Of a stretch of DNA of 64,000 bases, positions 33,810 to 43,438 are shown piece by piece. How positions within the stretch are numbered: position 1 is the stretch's first letter; every line of letters begins with the position of its first letter. Made by a program: the position numbers and the translations under genes. The stretch lies in NCBI RefSeq assembly GCF_000982825.1, contig NZ_CP011047.1:1398690-1462689 (forward strand), read 5' to 3'. This DNA is from Cronobacter sakazakii. GTDB taxonomy: Bacteria > Pseudomonadota > Gammaproteobacteria > Enterobacterales > Enterobacteriaceae. The notes beneath the pieces are model-generated. The model was not told the DNA's origin. It saw only the letters and a list, made by a program, of their open reading frames with translations, and made no database searches.

Positions 33810-34598
33810 ATGATGGAACTGAACGGGGTGGATGCCGCTATGCGCGAGCGCGTGCGGCAGGTGTTAAACGAGGTGCAAACAAAGTATGGCGTGAAGGTGC
33901 TTTACGCCTGTGAATCGGGCAGCCGGGGCTGGGGCTTTGCCTCGCCGGACAGCGACTACGACGTGCGCTTTCTCTATGTGCATCCGCCGGAGTGGTATTT
34001 ACGGGTCGATGCGCCGCGCGATGTCATCGAACTGCCCATCGACGACACGCTTGACGTCTGCGGCTGGGAGTGGCGCAAGGCGCTCGGGCTGCTCAAGCGG
34101 GCAAACCCGACGCTTATCGAGTGGCTCGACTCTCCCATCGTCTACCGGCAGGATGAAACCGCCATCGGCGCGCTGCGCGACCAGGTGCCGCTCTGGTTCT
34201 CCGCTGAGCGTGCGCGCTGGCACTACTACTCGATGGCCCGCAAAAACTTTCACAGTTATTTGCAGGGCGAGACGGTGCGGCTGAAGAAATATTTCTACGT
34301 GCTGCGCCCGCTGCTGGCGGTGCGCTGGGTGGAAGCGGGTAAGGGCGCGCCGCCGATGCGCTTTCGCACGCTGCTGGAGGGTACGGTGAACGATCCGCTG
34401 CTGCGGGCGGAAATCGACACGTTGCTTGCCGCCAAACAGCGAGCGGGTGAGGCCGAGTACGGCGCACCGATGCCGCGGATACACGCGTTTATCGCTGCAG
34501 AGCTGGCGCGCGGCGAAACGCCGCCGGAGCTGCCGCAGAGTGAAAAGGCGCAGGCGAGTCTGTTAGATAAGCTGCTTTATGAAACGGTGATGGCCTGA
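33810..34598 (+). CDS. minimal Pol-beta-superfamily nucleotidyltransferase (pfam10127-like), RtcB-associated
   Basis: 262 aa. The NTase motif is ...LYACESGSRGWGFASPDSDYDVRFLYV... (the GS plus DxD pattern). It sits 13 nt after rtcB in the same operon. The family assignment is from memory and has not been searched. Confidence 0.55.
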   Translation: MMELNGVDAAMRERVRQVLNEVQTKYGVKVLYACESGSRGWGFASPDSDYDVRFLYVHPPEWYLRVDAPRDVIELPIDDTLDVCGWEWRKALGLLKRANPTLIEWLDSPIVYRQDETAIGALRDQVPLWFSAERARWHYYSMARKNFHSYLQGETVRLKKYFYVLRPLLAVRWVEAGKGAPPMRFRTLLEGTVNDPLLRAEIDTLLAAKQRAGEAEYGAPMPRIHAFIAAELARGETPPELPQSEKAQASLLDKLLYETVMA

Positions 34599-34618
34599 CA
34601 ATGTCAGGCCATTTTTTT
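34592..34618 (+). terminator. terminator hairpin at the NTase stop codon; it may also serve the convergent lysC
   Basis: GGCCTGACA A TGTCAGGCC followed by ATTTTTTTGG. Confidence 0.7.
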
Positions 34619-34621
34619 GGC

Positions 34622-35974
34622 TTACTCGAAGAGATTGTGGTGCAGCTTCTGGACGACCTGTTCGGCATCGTTGCCCGGCACCAGGAAGCAGAGGTTATAG
34701 CTCGACGCGCCGTAGCAAATCATGCGGATGTTAAACGGCTCCAGCACGCCAAACACCTCTTTGCCGACGCCGCAGGCTTTGGAGAGGTTATTGCCAATCA
34801 ACGCCACCAGCGCCAGGTTTTCTTCCACCTCCACGCGGCAGAGCGAGGAGAGCTCGGTCAGCAGCGCCTGCGTCAGCAGCGTATCGCCGGTTGACGTGGA
34901 GCCGGTCGTGTCGAGCGTCAGCGCCACGCTCACTTCCGACGTGGTAATGAGATCGACCGAAATATTATGGCGCGCCAGGATGCTGAACACTTCCGCGAGG
35001 AAACCGCGCGAGTGCAGCATGTTCAGGCTGTGGAGCGTCAGCAGCGTCTGCTTGCGGCGCAGCGCCAGCGCGCGGAACAGCGGCGGGTTGGTGGTTTTGT
35101 TGCACACCAGCGTGCCGCCTGCTTTAGGGTCTTTGCTGGAGCCGACAAACACCGGAATATCGCTGCGCACGGCCGGCAGCAGCGTCGCCGGGTGCAGCAC
35201 TTTCGCGCCGAATGTCGCCATCTCGGCAGCTTCTTCAAAGGCGATTTCATCAATGCGTTTCGCGGCGGGCACCACGCGCGGATCGGTGGTGTAAATGCCC
35301 GGCACGTCGGTCCAGATATCCACGCGGCGCGCTTTCAGCGCCTCGGCGAGCAGGGCGGCGGTATAGTCGCTGCCGCCGCGGCCAAGCGTAGTGGTGCGTC
35401 CTTTGGCTTCGCTGCCGATAAAACCCTGGGTGATAACCAGCCCTTCCGCCAGGCGCGGCGCGAGCTGCTGCGTACAGAGTTCGGCGAGCGCCGCGACATC
35501 CGGCTCGGCGCGGCCGAAGCGGTCGCTGGTGCGCATCACTTTACGCACGTCAAACCACAGCGCGTCCACGCCGCGCTCGCGCAGGATCTCGACAAACAGC
35601 AGGGTGGACATCAGCTCGCCGTGGCTGACCAGCTCATCGGTAAGCGCGGTGGAGGTCGCAAGCGACGCGGCTTCGGAAAGCGTGGCGATGTTTTCCAGCA
35701 GGCGATCAATCTCTTCGCGGATAACCGTCGGGTTTTGCAGGCGTTCCAGAATGTCGTACTGAATTTTGCGGATGGTGTCGAGCTTTACATAGCGCTCGGT
35801 CGCTTCGAGCCCTTCAGCCAGCGCCACCAGCAGGTTGGTGATCCCGGCGGAGGCGGAAAGCACCACGAGACGGACGTGAGCGTCGTCCAGGACGACATTG
35901 GCGCTGCGGTTCATGGCGTCGAAATCCGCCACGCTGGTGCCGCCAAATTTAGCGACCACTAAAGAATCTGTCAT
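34622..35974 (-). CDS. lysC: lysine-sensitive aspartokinase III
   Basis: 450 aa, colinear with E. coli LysC (KFGGTSVADFDAMNRSA..., ends QKLHHNLFE). Confidence 0.95.
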   Translation of the reverse strand: MTDSLVVAKFGGTSVADFDAMNRSANVVLDDAHVRLVVLSASAGITNLLVALAEGLEATERYVKLDTIRKIQYDILERLQNPTVIREEIDRLLENIATLSEAASLATSTALTDELVSHGELMSTLLFVEILRERGVDALWFDVRKVMRTSDRFGRAEPDVAALAELCTQQLAPRLAEGLVITQGFIGSEAKGRTTTLGRGGSDYTAALLAEALKARRVDIWTDVPGIYTTDPRVVPAAKRIDEIAFEEAAEMATFGAKVLHPATLLPAVRSDIPVFVGSSKDPKAGGTLVCNKTTNPPLFRALALRRKQTLLTLHSLNMLHSRGFLAEVFSILARHNISVDLITTSEVSVALTLDTTGSTSTGDTLLTQALLTELSSLCRVEVEENLALVALIGNNLSKACGVGKEVFGVLEPFNIRMICYGASSYNLCFLVPGNDAEQVVQKLHHNLFE

Positions 35975-35999
35975 AACAACCTCGTGTCAGGGCGCCATT

Positions 36000-36220
36000 C
36001 ATCATGTATGGCGGAATCTGTTCAGCCTGGGCACAAGGAAAGCGCAGTAAAGGGGCGGACGCAGGAGTATAAAACCAACGTTACGATACACCCAGAAGCG
36101 CTCCACCTTGCGAAACGTTCGACTGCCGTCGTTTCGGGTGACAGCCCAGGGGATTCAGCCCCTGCAGCCGATGACGCGCCTTACCAGACAGCGCGCCATC
36201 TCGGCGTCGTTCCCCCTCGC
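36000..36220 (-). promoter_or_regulatory. lysine riboswitch (L-box) in the lysC 5' leader
   Basis: The minus-strand leader reads ...GCCGAGATGGCGCGCTGTCTGGTAAGGCGCGTCATCGGCTGCAGGGGCTGAATCCCCTGGGCTGTCACCCGAAACGACGGCAGTCGAACGTTTCGCAAGGTGGAGCGCTTCTGGGTG... This is nearly identical to the E. coli lysC L-box aptamer. The boundaries are approximate. Confidence 0.75.
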
Positions 36221-36290
36221 GTGTGGTCGTAGGACGGGTTCCTCGCACACGTTACCTGGCCGACGCGCCTCTTCCGGTTTTCCTTCATAT

Positions 36291-36523
36291 TTCAGGCTGT
36301 GGCGGCGTTGGTTGCGCTTGCTCACCCCAGTCACATACTTTTGCATGCTCCTGGGGATTCACTCGCTTACCGTCTTGCCACATCCCGAACTATTTTGGAA
36401 AACAATGATTTTCGTCCTGTTTGTGGCTACTTCGCTGCGTCGCCGCCTTCGCGTAACCCCAAACCGTTTGAAAATCGTGTTCTCTTTCTTTCTCAGGCTA
36501 TGGCGGCATTGGTTGCGCTTGCC
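36291..36523. repeat. pair of ~30-bp direct repeats (TCAGGCTRTGGCGGCRTTGGTTGCGCTTGC) at 36291-36320 and 36493-36522, with extended homology. Function unknown
   Basis: The two copies differ at 2-3 positions. A second shared block, CATMCCGAACTMWTYTGRAAAAC, follows each copy (36381-36403 and 36523-36546). Confidence 0.5.
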
Positions 36524-36908
36524 ATACCCGAACTCATCTGAAAAACGCTGACGCCGTGCTGCTGTTTTATTGCCGTAATGCGCAAAACCCTAAGCGGGCG
36601 TCAGAGGCGGCTTCAGGTTGCGTAAGCAAGTAACTAAAGCCGCAGAAAAAAACAGGCCAGGCGTGCGCAGGGCGCGTCGGGCCGGTACTTATTCATAAAT
36701 AAAGGGTTGGCCGGGGGATTGTCAACGATACGGTCATGGGGATTTTTCATATTACGCAGGCTGCCAGGAAAATAACTTATAACGACTATACTTTTCTCTT
36801 GTCGCCGGGGAGGCTGGCGTCCGGCCTTATGATAAAAATCATCACAATTTCAGCGACTGGCGCTACAATCGACCGCAGTCACAATTCTCAAATCACAAGA
36901 GTATTGCT

Positions 36909-38558
36909 ATGAAAAACATCAACCCAACGCAGACTTCTGCCTGGCAGGCACTACAAAATCACTTCGACGCGATGAAAGAGGTCACCCTCGCGGAACTCTT
37001 CGCGAAAGACGCTGACCGCTTCGGTAAATTCTCCGCCACCTTCAACGATCAGATGCTGGTGGACTACTCCAAAAACCGCATCACGGAAGAAACCCTCAGC
37101 AAGCTGCTGGACCTGGCAAAAGAGACCGATCTGGCGGGCGCCATTAAATCGATGTTCTCCGGCGAGAAGATCAACCGCACTGAAGACCGCGCCGTACTGC
37201 ACGTCGCACTGCGCAACCGCAGCAATACGCCGATTCTGGTAGACGGCAAAGATGTGATGCCGGAAGTGAACGCCGTGCTGGAGAAGATGAAAAAATTCTC
37301 CGAGGCCATTATCTCCGGCGAATGGAAAGGCTATACCGGCAAGCCCATCACTGACGTGGTAAACATCGGTATTGGCGGATCTGACCTCGGCCCGTTCATG
37401 GTGACCGAAGCGCTGCGCCCGTACAAAAACCACCTCAACATGCACTTTGTTTCTAACGTCGACGGCACCCACATCGCCGAAGTGCTGAAAAAGGTGAACC
37501 CGGAAAGCACCCTGTTCCTGGTGGCGTCCAAAACCTTCACCACCCAGGAAACCATGACCAACGCTCACAGCGCGCGTGACTGGTTCCTGAAAACCGCCGG
37601 TGACGAAAAACACGTGGCGAAGCACTTCGCGGCGCTCTCCACCAACGCCAAAGCGGTCGGCGATTTCGGCATTGATACCGCCAATATGTTTGAGTTCTGG
37701 GACTGGGTCGGCGGCCGTTACTCCCTGTGGTCGGCGATTGGCCTCTCCATCATTCTGTCCGTGGGTTACGACAACTTTGTTGAGCTGCTCTCCGGCGCGC
37801 ACGAGATGGACAAACACTTCTCCACCACGCCGTTTGAGAAAAACCTGCCGGTGCTGCTGGCGCTGATTGGCATCTGGTACAACAACTTCTTTGGTGCCGA
37901 AACCGAAGCGATTCTGCCGTACGACCAGTACATGCACCGTTTCGCGGCGTACTTCCAGCAGGGCAATATGGAATCCAACGGCAAATACGTTGACCGCAAC
38001 GGCAACGCCGTGGATTACCAGACCGGCCCGATTATCTGGGGTGAGCCGGGCACTAACGGCCAGCACGCGTTCTATCAGCTGATCCACCAGGGCACTAAAC
38101 TGGTGCCGTGCGATTTCATCGCACCGGCGATTACGCATAATCCGCTCTCTGATCACCATCAGAAACTGCTCTCGAACTTCTTCGCCCAGACCGAAGCGCT
38201 GGCGTTCGGTAAATCCCGCGACGTGGTGGAGCAAGAGTTCCGCGACCAGGGGAAAGATCCGGCTCAGCTGGAAAACGTGGTGCCGTTCAAGGTGTTTGAA
38301 GGCAACCGCCCGACCAACTCTATTCTGCTGCGTGAAATCACTCCGTTCAGCCTGGGCGCGCTGATTGCGCTCTACGAGCACAAAATCTTCACCCAGGGCG
38401 CCATCCTGAACATCTTCACCTTCGACCAGTGGGGCGTGGAGTTGGGTAAACAGCTTGCTAACCGCATTCTGCCGGAACTGGGTGATAACAAAGAAATCGC
38501 CAGCCACGACAGCTCCACCAACGGCTTAATTAACCGTTATAAAGCCTGGCGCGGTTGA
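36909..38558 (+). CDS. pgi: glucose-6-phosphate isomerase
   Basis: 549 aa, [19 protein letters not shown]..., full-length match to E. coli Pgi. Confidence 0.96.
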   Translation: MKNINPTQTSAWQALQNHFDAMKEVTLAELFAKDADRFGKFSATFNDQMLVDYSKNRITEETLSKLLDLAKETDLAGAIKSMFSGEKINRTEDRAVLHVALRNRSNTPILVDGKDVMPEVNAVLEKMKKFSEAIISGEWKGYTGKPITDVVNIGIGGSDLGPFMVTEALRPYKNHLNMHFVSNVDGTHIAEVLKKVNPESTLFLVASKTFTTQETMTNAHSARDWFLKTAGDEKHVAKHFAALSTNAKAVGDFGIDTANMFEFWDWVGGRYSLWSAIGLSIILSVGYDNFVELLSGAHEMDKHFSTTPFEKNLPVLLALIGIWYNNFFGAETEAILPYDQYMHRFAAYFQQGNMESNGKYVDRNGNAVDYQTGPIIWGEPGTNGQHAFYQLIHQGTKLVPCDFIAPAITHNPLSDHHQKLLSNFFAQTEALAFGKSRDVVEQEFRDQGKDPAQLENVVPFKVFEGNRPTNSILLREITPFSLGALIALYEHKIFTQGAILNIFTFDQWGVELGKQLANRILPELGDNKEIASHDSSTNGLINRYKAWRG

Positions 38559-38588
38559 TTTTAAATAAGCGTGTCAAATAAGCGTAAT

Positions 38589-38617
38589 GATGCCGGCAAT
38601 ATGCCGGCATTTTTTTC
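38589..38617 (+). terminator. pgi terminator
   Basis: ATGCCGGCAATATGCCGGCAT followed by TTTTTTT. Confidence 0.85.
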
Positions 38618-38939
38618 TCAGATAAATCTTGTTGTTCGCCCACGTCCCGCTACTCTTTAATCTTGAGGTTAATCCGAAAATCGCCGTGCCCGTCTTCTGC
38701 ACGCCTGAAATGTTTCAGATAAACCGGATTTCCATTTTGCAGGGATATATTATAACAAGTTGAAAAACAGGCGATTTATATAAAATCTATTACGCCATCC
38801 TGCGCCATTTGTCTAATTATCCTAAAACCCTGTGCCTATTTCCCTGTGTCGTAAACCGGCAGGGGTTGTTGTGTATACTCGGAAGCGCCTGAAAAGCTTT
38901 TCAGGTAAATCTCCATTCATTCAATGAAGGGAAATTGAT

Positions 38940-39188
38940 ATGAAGAAAATCCTTAGTGGCGTTTTCGCCATTGCAGCGCTTGGCGCTGTCTCAGCCCAGG
39001 CTGCACCGGTTAGCGTCGGTGAAGCGGCAGGCTCGGCAGCGACCTCCGTGTCGGTTGGCAGCTCCAGCGCCACCGCGTCAAGCACTGTAGGGTCGGTTGT
39101 TGGTGTGGCGCTTGCCGCCACCGGCGGCGGCGATGGTTCCAACACCGGGACCACGACCACCACCACCACCAGCACTGCCACCCAGTAA
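38940..39188 (+). CDS. yjbE: YjbE, a secreted Ser/Thr/Ala-rich low-complexity protein; first gene of yjbEFGH
   Basis: 82 aa with a signal peptide ([21 protein letters not shown]). The [24 protein letters not shown] and [18 protein letters not shown] stretches match E. coli YjbE. Confidence 0.8.
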   Translation: MKKILSGVFAIAALGAVSAQAAPVSVGEAAGSAATSVSVGSSSATASSTVGSVVGVALAATGGGDGSNTGTTTTTTTSTATQ

Positions 39189-39256
39189 ACCCTTCGGGGG
39201 CTTTAACCATAACCACACTACGGTGTGGTTATTTTGACTTTTTTTGGGGAAATATC

Positions 39257-39892
39257 GTGAAGCGACTCGCGATTGTGTTGATGTGCCTGATGATTCAGGC
39301 CTGCTCCACCACGACCAAGGGACTCGGCAATTCACTCAGGCAAAGTATTTTCGGCCCGGATGGCGTGCAGCTCACGGATGACGATATCCAGAACATGCCC
39401 TACGCCAGCCAGTACATGATGCTGAATAACGGCCCGCAGCTTTTTGTGGTGCTCGCTTTTTCTGAAAACGGCCAGCAAAAATGGGTGACGCAGGACCGCG
39501 CGACGATCGTGACGCAGCATGGCCGCGTCGTGAAAACCTTAAGCCTCGCCGATAACCTGATAGACATTAACAATCTGGCGGCCGATCCGCTGGCGCACGC
39601 AAATCAGATTATCGACGGCGCAAGCTGGACGCGCACGATGGGCTGGACGGAACGCCATCAGGTGCGTTACGCCACCGCCCGCTCCACCTTTACCTGGGAT
39701 GGTACCGATACCCTGAAAGTGGGCAGCGACATCACGCCGGTGCGCATTCTGGATGAAGAAGTGACCACAGAAGCCGCCACCTGGCACAACCGCTTCTGGG
39801 TGGACAGCGATGGGCAGATTCGTCAGTCAAAACAATATCTGGGTGCGGGGTATTTTCCGGTCACCACCATTCTGTTGAAGGCAGCGAAATAA
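39257..39892 (+). CDS. yjbF: YjbF lipoprotein (GfcB family)
   Basis: 211 aa. GTG start. The lipobox is LMIQAC. Confidence 0.8.
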   Translation: MKRLAIVLMCLMIQACSTTTKGLGNSLRQSIFGPDGVQLTDDDIQNMPYASQYMMLNNGPQLFVVLAFSENGQQKWVTQDRATIVTQHGRVVKTLSLADNLIDINNLAADPLAHANQIIDGASWTRTMGWTERHQVRYATARSTFTWDGTDTLKVGSDITPVRILDEEVTTEAATWHNRFWVDSDGQIRQSKQYLGAGYFPVTTILLKAAK

Positions 39893-40626
39893 TGAAAACC
39901 ACACTTATCGCTTCGCTGATTTTTAGCCTCGGCAGCTTTTGCGCTTTCGCCGACGGCACCATTACCGTTTATCGGGACCATGCACAGCCGCTAAAAGTCT
40001 CCGGCGCGAAACATCTCGCCGATCTGGTTTCTCAACCGCAGTTAGCCGGCAGCTGGTGGCTGGGTGCGGTTATCAGCGAACGTCAGGCAAGCGTTGAGGC
40101 GCAGGCGCAGCATCAGGTGCTGTTAAATCGCCTCGCGTCTCTTGCCGCCGAAGAGGGCGGCGATGACGGCGCGGCGATTAACCGCGTGCGCCAGCAGTTA
40201 CAGGCCATCAAAGTGACAGGCCGTCAGAGAGTGATCCTCGACCCGGACCGCGTGCGGGTGCGTCCGCACAACAACCCGCCGCTGGAAGGCGATTACGAGC
40301 TGTGGGTGGGCCCGCAACCGTCCACCATTACGCTTGTCGGGCTCGTCAGCGCGCCGGGCAAAAAAACGTTTACGCCCGGCAAACCGGTGACCGATTACCT
40401 GGACGACGTCAGCCGTCTGAGCGGTGCCGAGCGCAGCTACGCGTGGCTGATTCAGCCGACCGGGCGCGTGGAAAAGGTGCCGGTGGCGTACTGGAATAAG
40501 CGCCACGTAGAGCCGATGCCCGGCAGCATTCTGTATGTCGGCTTCGCTGACCATACGTTTACCTCAGCGTATGACGGGCTGAACGAGCAAATCATCTCTT
40601 CTCTGACGCATCGGATACCGGATTAA
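39892..40626 (+). CDS. yjbG: YjbG (GfcC family) periplasmic protein
   Basis: 244 aa with a signal peptide. Its start overlaps the yjbF stop. Confidence 0.8.
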   Translation: MKTTLIASLIFSLGSFCAFADGTITVYRDHAQPLKVSGAKHLADLVSQPQLAGSWWLGAVISERQASVEAQAQHQVLLNRLASLAAEEGGDDGAAINRVRQQLQAIKVTGRQRVILDPDRVRVRPHNNPPLEGDYELWVGPQPSTITLVGLVSAPGKKTFTPGKPVTDYLDDVSRLSGAERSYAWLIQPTGRVEKVPVAYWNKRHVEPMPGSILYVGFADHTFTSAYDGLNEQIISSLTHRIPD

Positions 40627-42722
40627 TGAAAAAACATTACTACTTCAGCCTGCTGGCGCTGGCGGTCGCTTCCGCCTGCCATGCCGAAACGTATCCGGCA
40701 CCGGTGGGCCCTTCGCAGTCAGATTTCGGCGGCGTCGGCCTGATGCAGACGCCGACGGCGCGCATGGCGCGCGAGGGCGAGCTGAGCCTGAACTATCGCG
40801 ATAACGATCAGTATCGTTACTACTCCGCGTCCATTCAGCTCTTTCCGTGGCTGGAAACCACGCTGCGCTACACCGACGTGCGCACCCGCGAATACTCCAA
40901 CGTGGATGCGTTCTCCGGCGACCAGACCTATAAAGATAAAGCGTTCGATCTCAAGCTGCGCCTGTGGGAAGAGGGCTACTGGCTACCGCAGGTGGCGGTG
41001 GGCGCGCGCGATATCGGCGGTACGGGGCTGTTTGACGCCGAATATCTGGTCGCCAGCAAAGCCTGGGGGCCGTTTGATTTCTCGCTCGGTCTCGGCTGGG
41101 GCTATCTCGGTACGAGCGGCAACGTGAAGAACCCACTCTGTCAGTACGACGATAAATTCTGCTACCGCGACCCGAGCTATCAGCGCGCGGGCTCCATTGA
41201 CGGCAGCACCATGTTCCACGGACCGGCGGCGATTTTCGGCGGTATCGAATACCAGACGCCGTGGCAGCCGCTGCGCCTGAAGCTGGAGTATGAAGGCAAC
41301 AACTATACCCAGGACTTCGCAGGCAAAATCGATCAGAAAAGCAAATTCAACGTGGGCGCGATTTACCGCGTCGCCGACTGGGCGGACGTTAACCTGAGCT
41401 ACGAGCGCGGCAACACCGTGATGTTCGGCTTTACGCTGCGCACCAACTTTAACGATCTGCGCCCGTCCTATAACGATAACCGTCGCCCTGAGTATGATCC
41501 GCAGCCGCAGGACGCGGTGTTGCAGCACAGCGTGGTGGCGAACCAGCTCACTTCGCTGAAATACAACGCCGGGCTTAACGATCCGCAGATTCAGGTGAAG
41601 GGCGATACGCTTTACGTGACGGGCGAGCAGTATAAATACCGTGATTCGCGTGAAGGGATCGAGCGCGCCAACCGCATCATCATGAATGACCTGCCGCAGG
41701 GCGTGAACCGTATCCGCGTGACCGAAACGCGCCTTAACATGCCGCAGGTCACAACAGAAACTGACGTGGCGAGCCTGAAGCGTCATCTGGAAGGTGAGCC
41801 ACTCGGTCATGAGACGCCGCTCGCACAGCAGCGCATGACGCCGGTCGTTGCCGAGAACCCGGAACAGGGCTGGTATATTGAGAAATCACGCTTTAATGTC
41901 GCGATAAACCCGGTGCTGAACCAGTCCATCGGCGGCCCGGAAAACTTTTACATGTACCAGCTGGGCCTGATGGGCACCGCCGACTGGTGGATGACCGACC
42001 ATCTGCTGACGTCCGGCAGCGTGTTTGTGAACCTCGCGAATAACTACGACAAGTTCAACTACACCGACCCGAAAGATAATTCGCCGCTGCCGCGCGTGCG
42101 TACCCGCGTGCGTGAATATGTGGAGAACAACTATTACGTTAACAACCTGCAGGCGAACTACTTCCAGCATCTGGGCGGCGATTTCTACGGCCAGATCTAC
42201 GCGGGCTATCTGGAAACCATGTATGCCGGCGCGGGCGCGGAAGTGCTGTGGCGTCCGGTGGACAGCAACTGGGCGTTCGGTATCAACGGCAACTACGTGA
42301 AACAGCGCGACTGGACCAGCCCGCAGAATATGATGAAATTCACCGATTACAGCGTGAAAACCGGTCATCTGACCGCGTACTGGACCCCGCCGTTTGCGCA
42401 GGATGTGCTGATTAAAGCGAGCGTCGGGCAGTATCTGGCAGGCGATAAGGGCGGCACGCTGGAAGTCGCGAAACACTTCGACAGCGGAATTGTGGTGGGC
42501 GCGTACGCGACTATCACTAACGTGTCGCCGGAGGAGTACGGCGAGGGCGATTTCACCAAGGGCGTGTATGTATCGGTGCCGTTTGATCTCTTCACCACAA
42601 GCCCGACCCGCAGCCGCGCGGCGATCGGCTGGACGCCGCTCACCCGTGACGGCGGCCAGATGCTGGGCCGTAAGTTTGATCTCTATAGCATGACCAGCGA
42701 TAAGAGCCTGAATTTCCGGTAA
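40626..42722 (+). CDS. yjbH: YjbH (GfcD family) outer-membrane lipoprotein/beta-barrel
   Basis: 698 aa. Signal peptide and lipobox (LALAVASAC). Ends ...LNFR. It is the fourth gene of the yjbEFGH operon. Confidence 0.85.
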   Translation: MKKHYYFSLLALAVASACHAETYPAPVGPSQSDFGGVGLMQTPTARMAREGELSLNYRDNDQYRYYSASIQLFPWLETTLRYTDVRTREYSNVDAFSGDQTYKDKAFDLKLRLWEEGYWLPQVAVGARDIGGTGLFDAEYLVASKAWGPFDFSLGLGWGYLGTSGNVKNPLCQYDDKFCYRDPSYQRAGSIDGSTMFHGPAAIFGGIEYQTPWQPLRLKLEYEGNNYTQDFAGKIDQKSKFNVGAIYRVADWADVNLSYERGNTVMFGFTLRTNFNDLRPSYNDNRRPEYDPQPQDAVLQHSVVANQLTSLKYNAGLNDPQIQVKGDTLYVTGEQYKYRDSREGIERANRIIMNDLPQGVNRIRVTETRLNMPQVTTETDVASLKRHLEGEPLGHETPLAQQRMTPVVAENPEQGWYIEKSRFNVAINPVLNQSIGGPENFYMYQLGLMGTADWWMTDHLLTSGSVFVNLANNYDKFNYTDPKDNSPLPRVRTRVREYVENNYYVNNLQANYFQHLGGDFYGQIYAGYLETMYAGAGAEVLWRPVDSNWAFGINGNYVKQRDWTSPQNMMKFTDYSVKTGHLTAYWTPPFAQDVLIKASVGQYLAGDKGGTLEVAKHFDSGIVVGAYATITNVSPEEYGEGDFTKGVYVSVPFDLFTTSPTRSRAAIGWTPLTRDGGQMLGRKFDLYSMTSDKSLNFR

Positions 42723-42761
42723 TCGTGCGGTGGTTCCGGTTACGGAGCGGTGGGGGTTATG

Positions 42762-42953
42762 TGGGATGGTGGGTGCGCTGCGCTTACCCACCCTACGGGT
42801 GATTCATGTTAGACGGTGGGTGCGCTGCGCTTACCCACCCTACGGGTGATTCATGTTAGACGGTGGGTGCGCTGCGCTTACCCACCCTACGGATGGCTTA
42901 TGTTTAACGGTGGGGTGATATTTTGTAGGGCGGGTAAGCGCAGCGCACCCGCC
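42762..42953. repeat. REP cluster: three direct ~47-bp REP units plus one inverted REP
   Basis: GATGGTGGGTGCGCTGCGCTTACCCACCCTACGGGTGATTCATGTTAGAC occurs three times, followed by the inverted TGTAGGGCGGGTAAGCGCAGCGCACCCGCC. Confidence 0.85.
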
Positions 42954-42967
42954 ACACGATTTCATGC

Positions 42968-43438
42968 TTACAATCGCCGCAACAACCGCGCCGGGTTACC
43001 GGCGTAAACGCCTTTCTCGGTAATCGACTTCGTCACCACGCTGCCTGCGCCAATCACCGCGCCGTCGCAAATCGACACCGCGAGAATGGTCGCATTGCTG
43101 CCAATCGACACGCCATTACCAATCACAATCCGCCCCCAATTCTCGCTGTCCGGGTCCGGCTTGCCGTCGCGAAACATATCGTTGGCGAACATCACCCCGT
43201 GGCCGATAAAACACGCTTCGCCGATGGTCACGTACTCGCAAATAAACGTATGCGACTGCACCCGCGTACCGCGACCGATGCGGGAATGGCGCTGGATCTC
43301 CACAAACGGGCCGATAAACACTTCATCGTCCAGCTCGCAGCCATACACGTTGGCGGGCTGATAAATCACCACGTCGCGCCCGACGGTCACATCGCGCACG
43401 GCCACTTCACGCCATTCCGGCACGGGATTCGTCATCAC
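42968..43438 (-). CDS. hexapeptide-repeat (LbH) acyl/acetyltransferase
   Basis: 156 aa with left-handed beta-helix repeats (IGRGTRVQSHTFICEYVTIGEACFIGHGVMF...IGNGVSIGSNATI...GAVIGAGSVV). Confidence 0.75.
   Translation of the reverse strand: MMTNPVPEWREVAVRDVTVGRDVVIYQPANVYGCELDDEVFIGPFVEIQRHSRIGRGTRVQSHTFICEYVTIGEACFIGHGVMFANDMFRDGKPDPDSENWGRIVIGNGVSIGSNATILAVSICDGAVIGAGSVVTKSITEKGVYAGNPARLLRRL

Noticed and set aside
36951-38507. A 518-aa ORF on the minus strand that fully overlaps pgi
   Set aside because: It is antisense to a perfectly conserved pgi. It is an R/G/A-rich low-complexity translation typical of antisense frames in ~58% GC DNA. It has no start-context support.
38921-39335. Overlapping ORFs at 38921-39181 (minus), 39010-39216 (minus) and 39078-39335 (minus) around yjbE
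   Set aside because: They are artefacts of the Thr/Ala/Gly-rich low-complexity yjbE sequence, with ACC/GGT repeats read in other frames. Only the plus-strand signal-peptide-bearing yjbE is supported.
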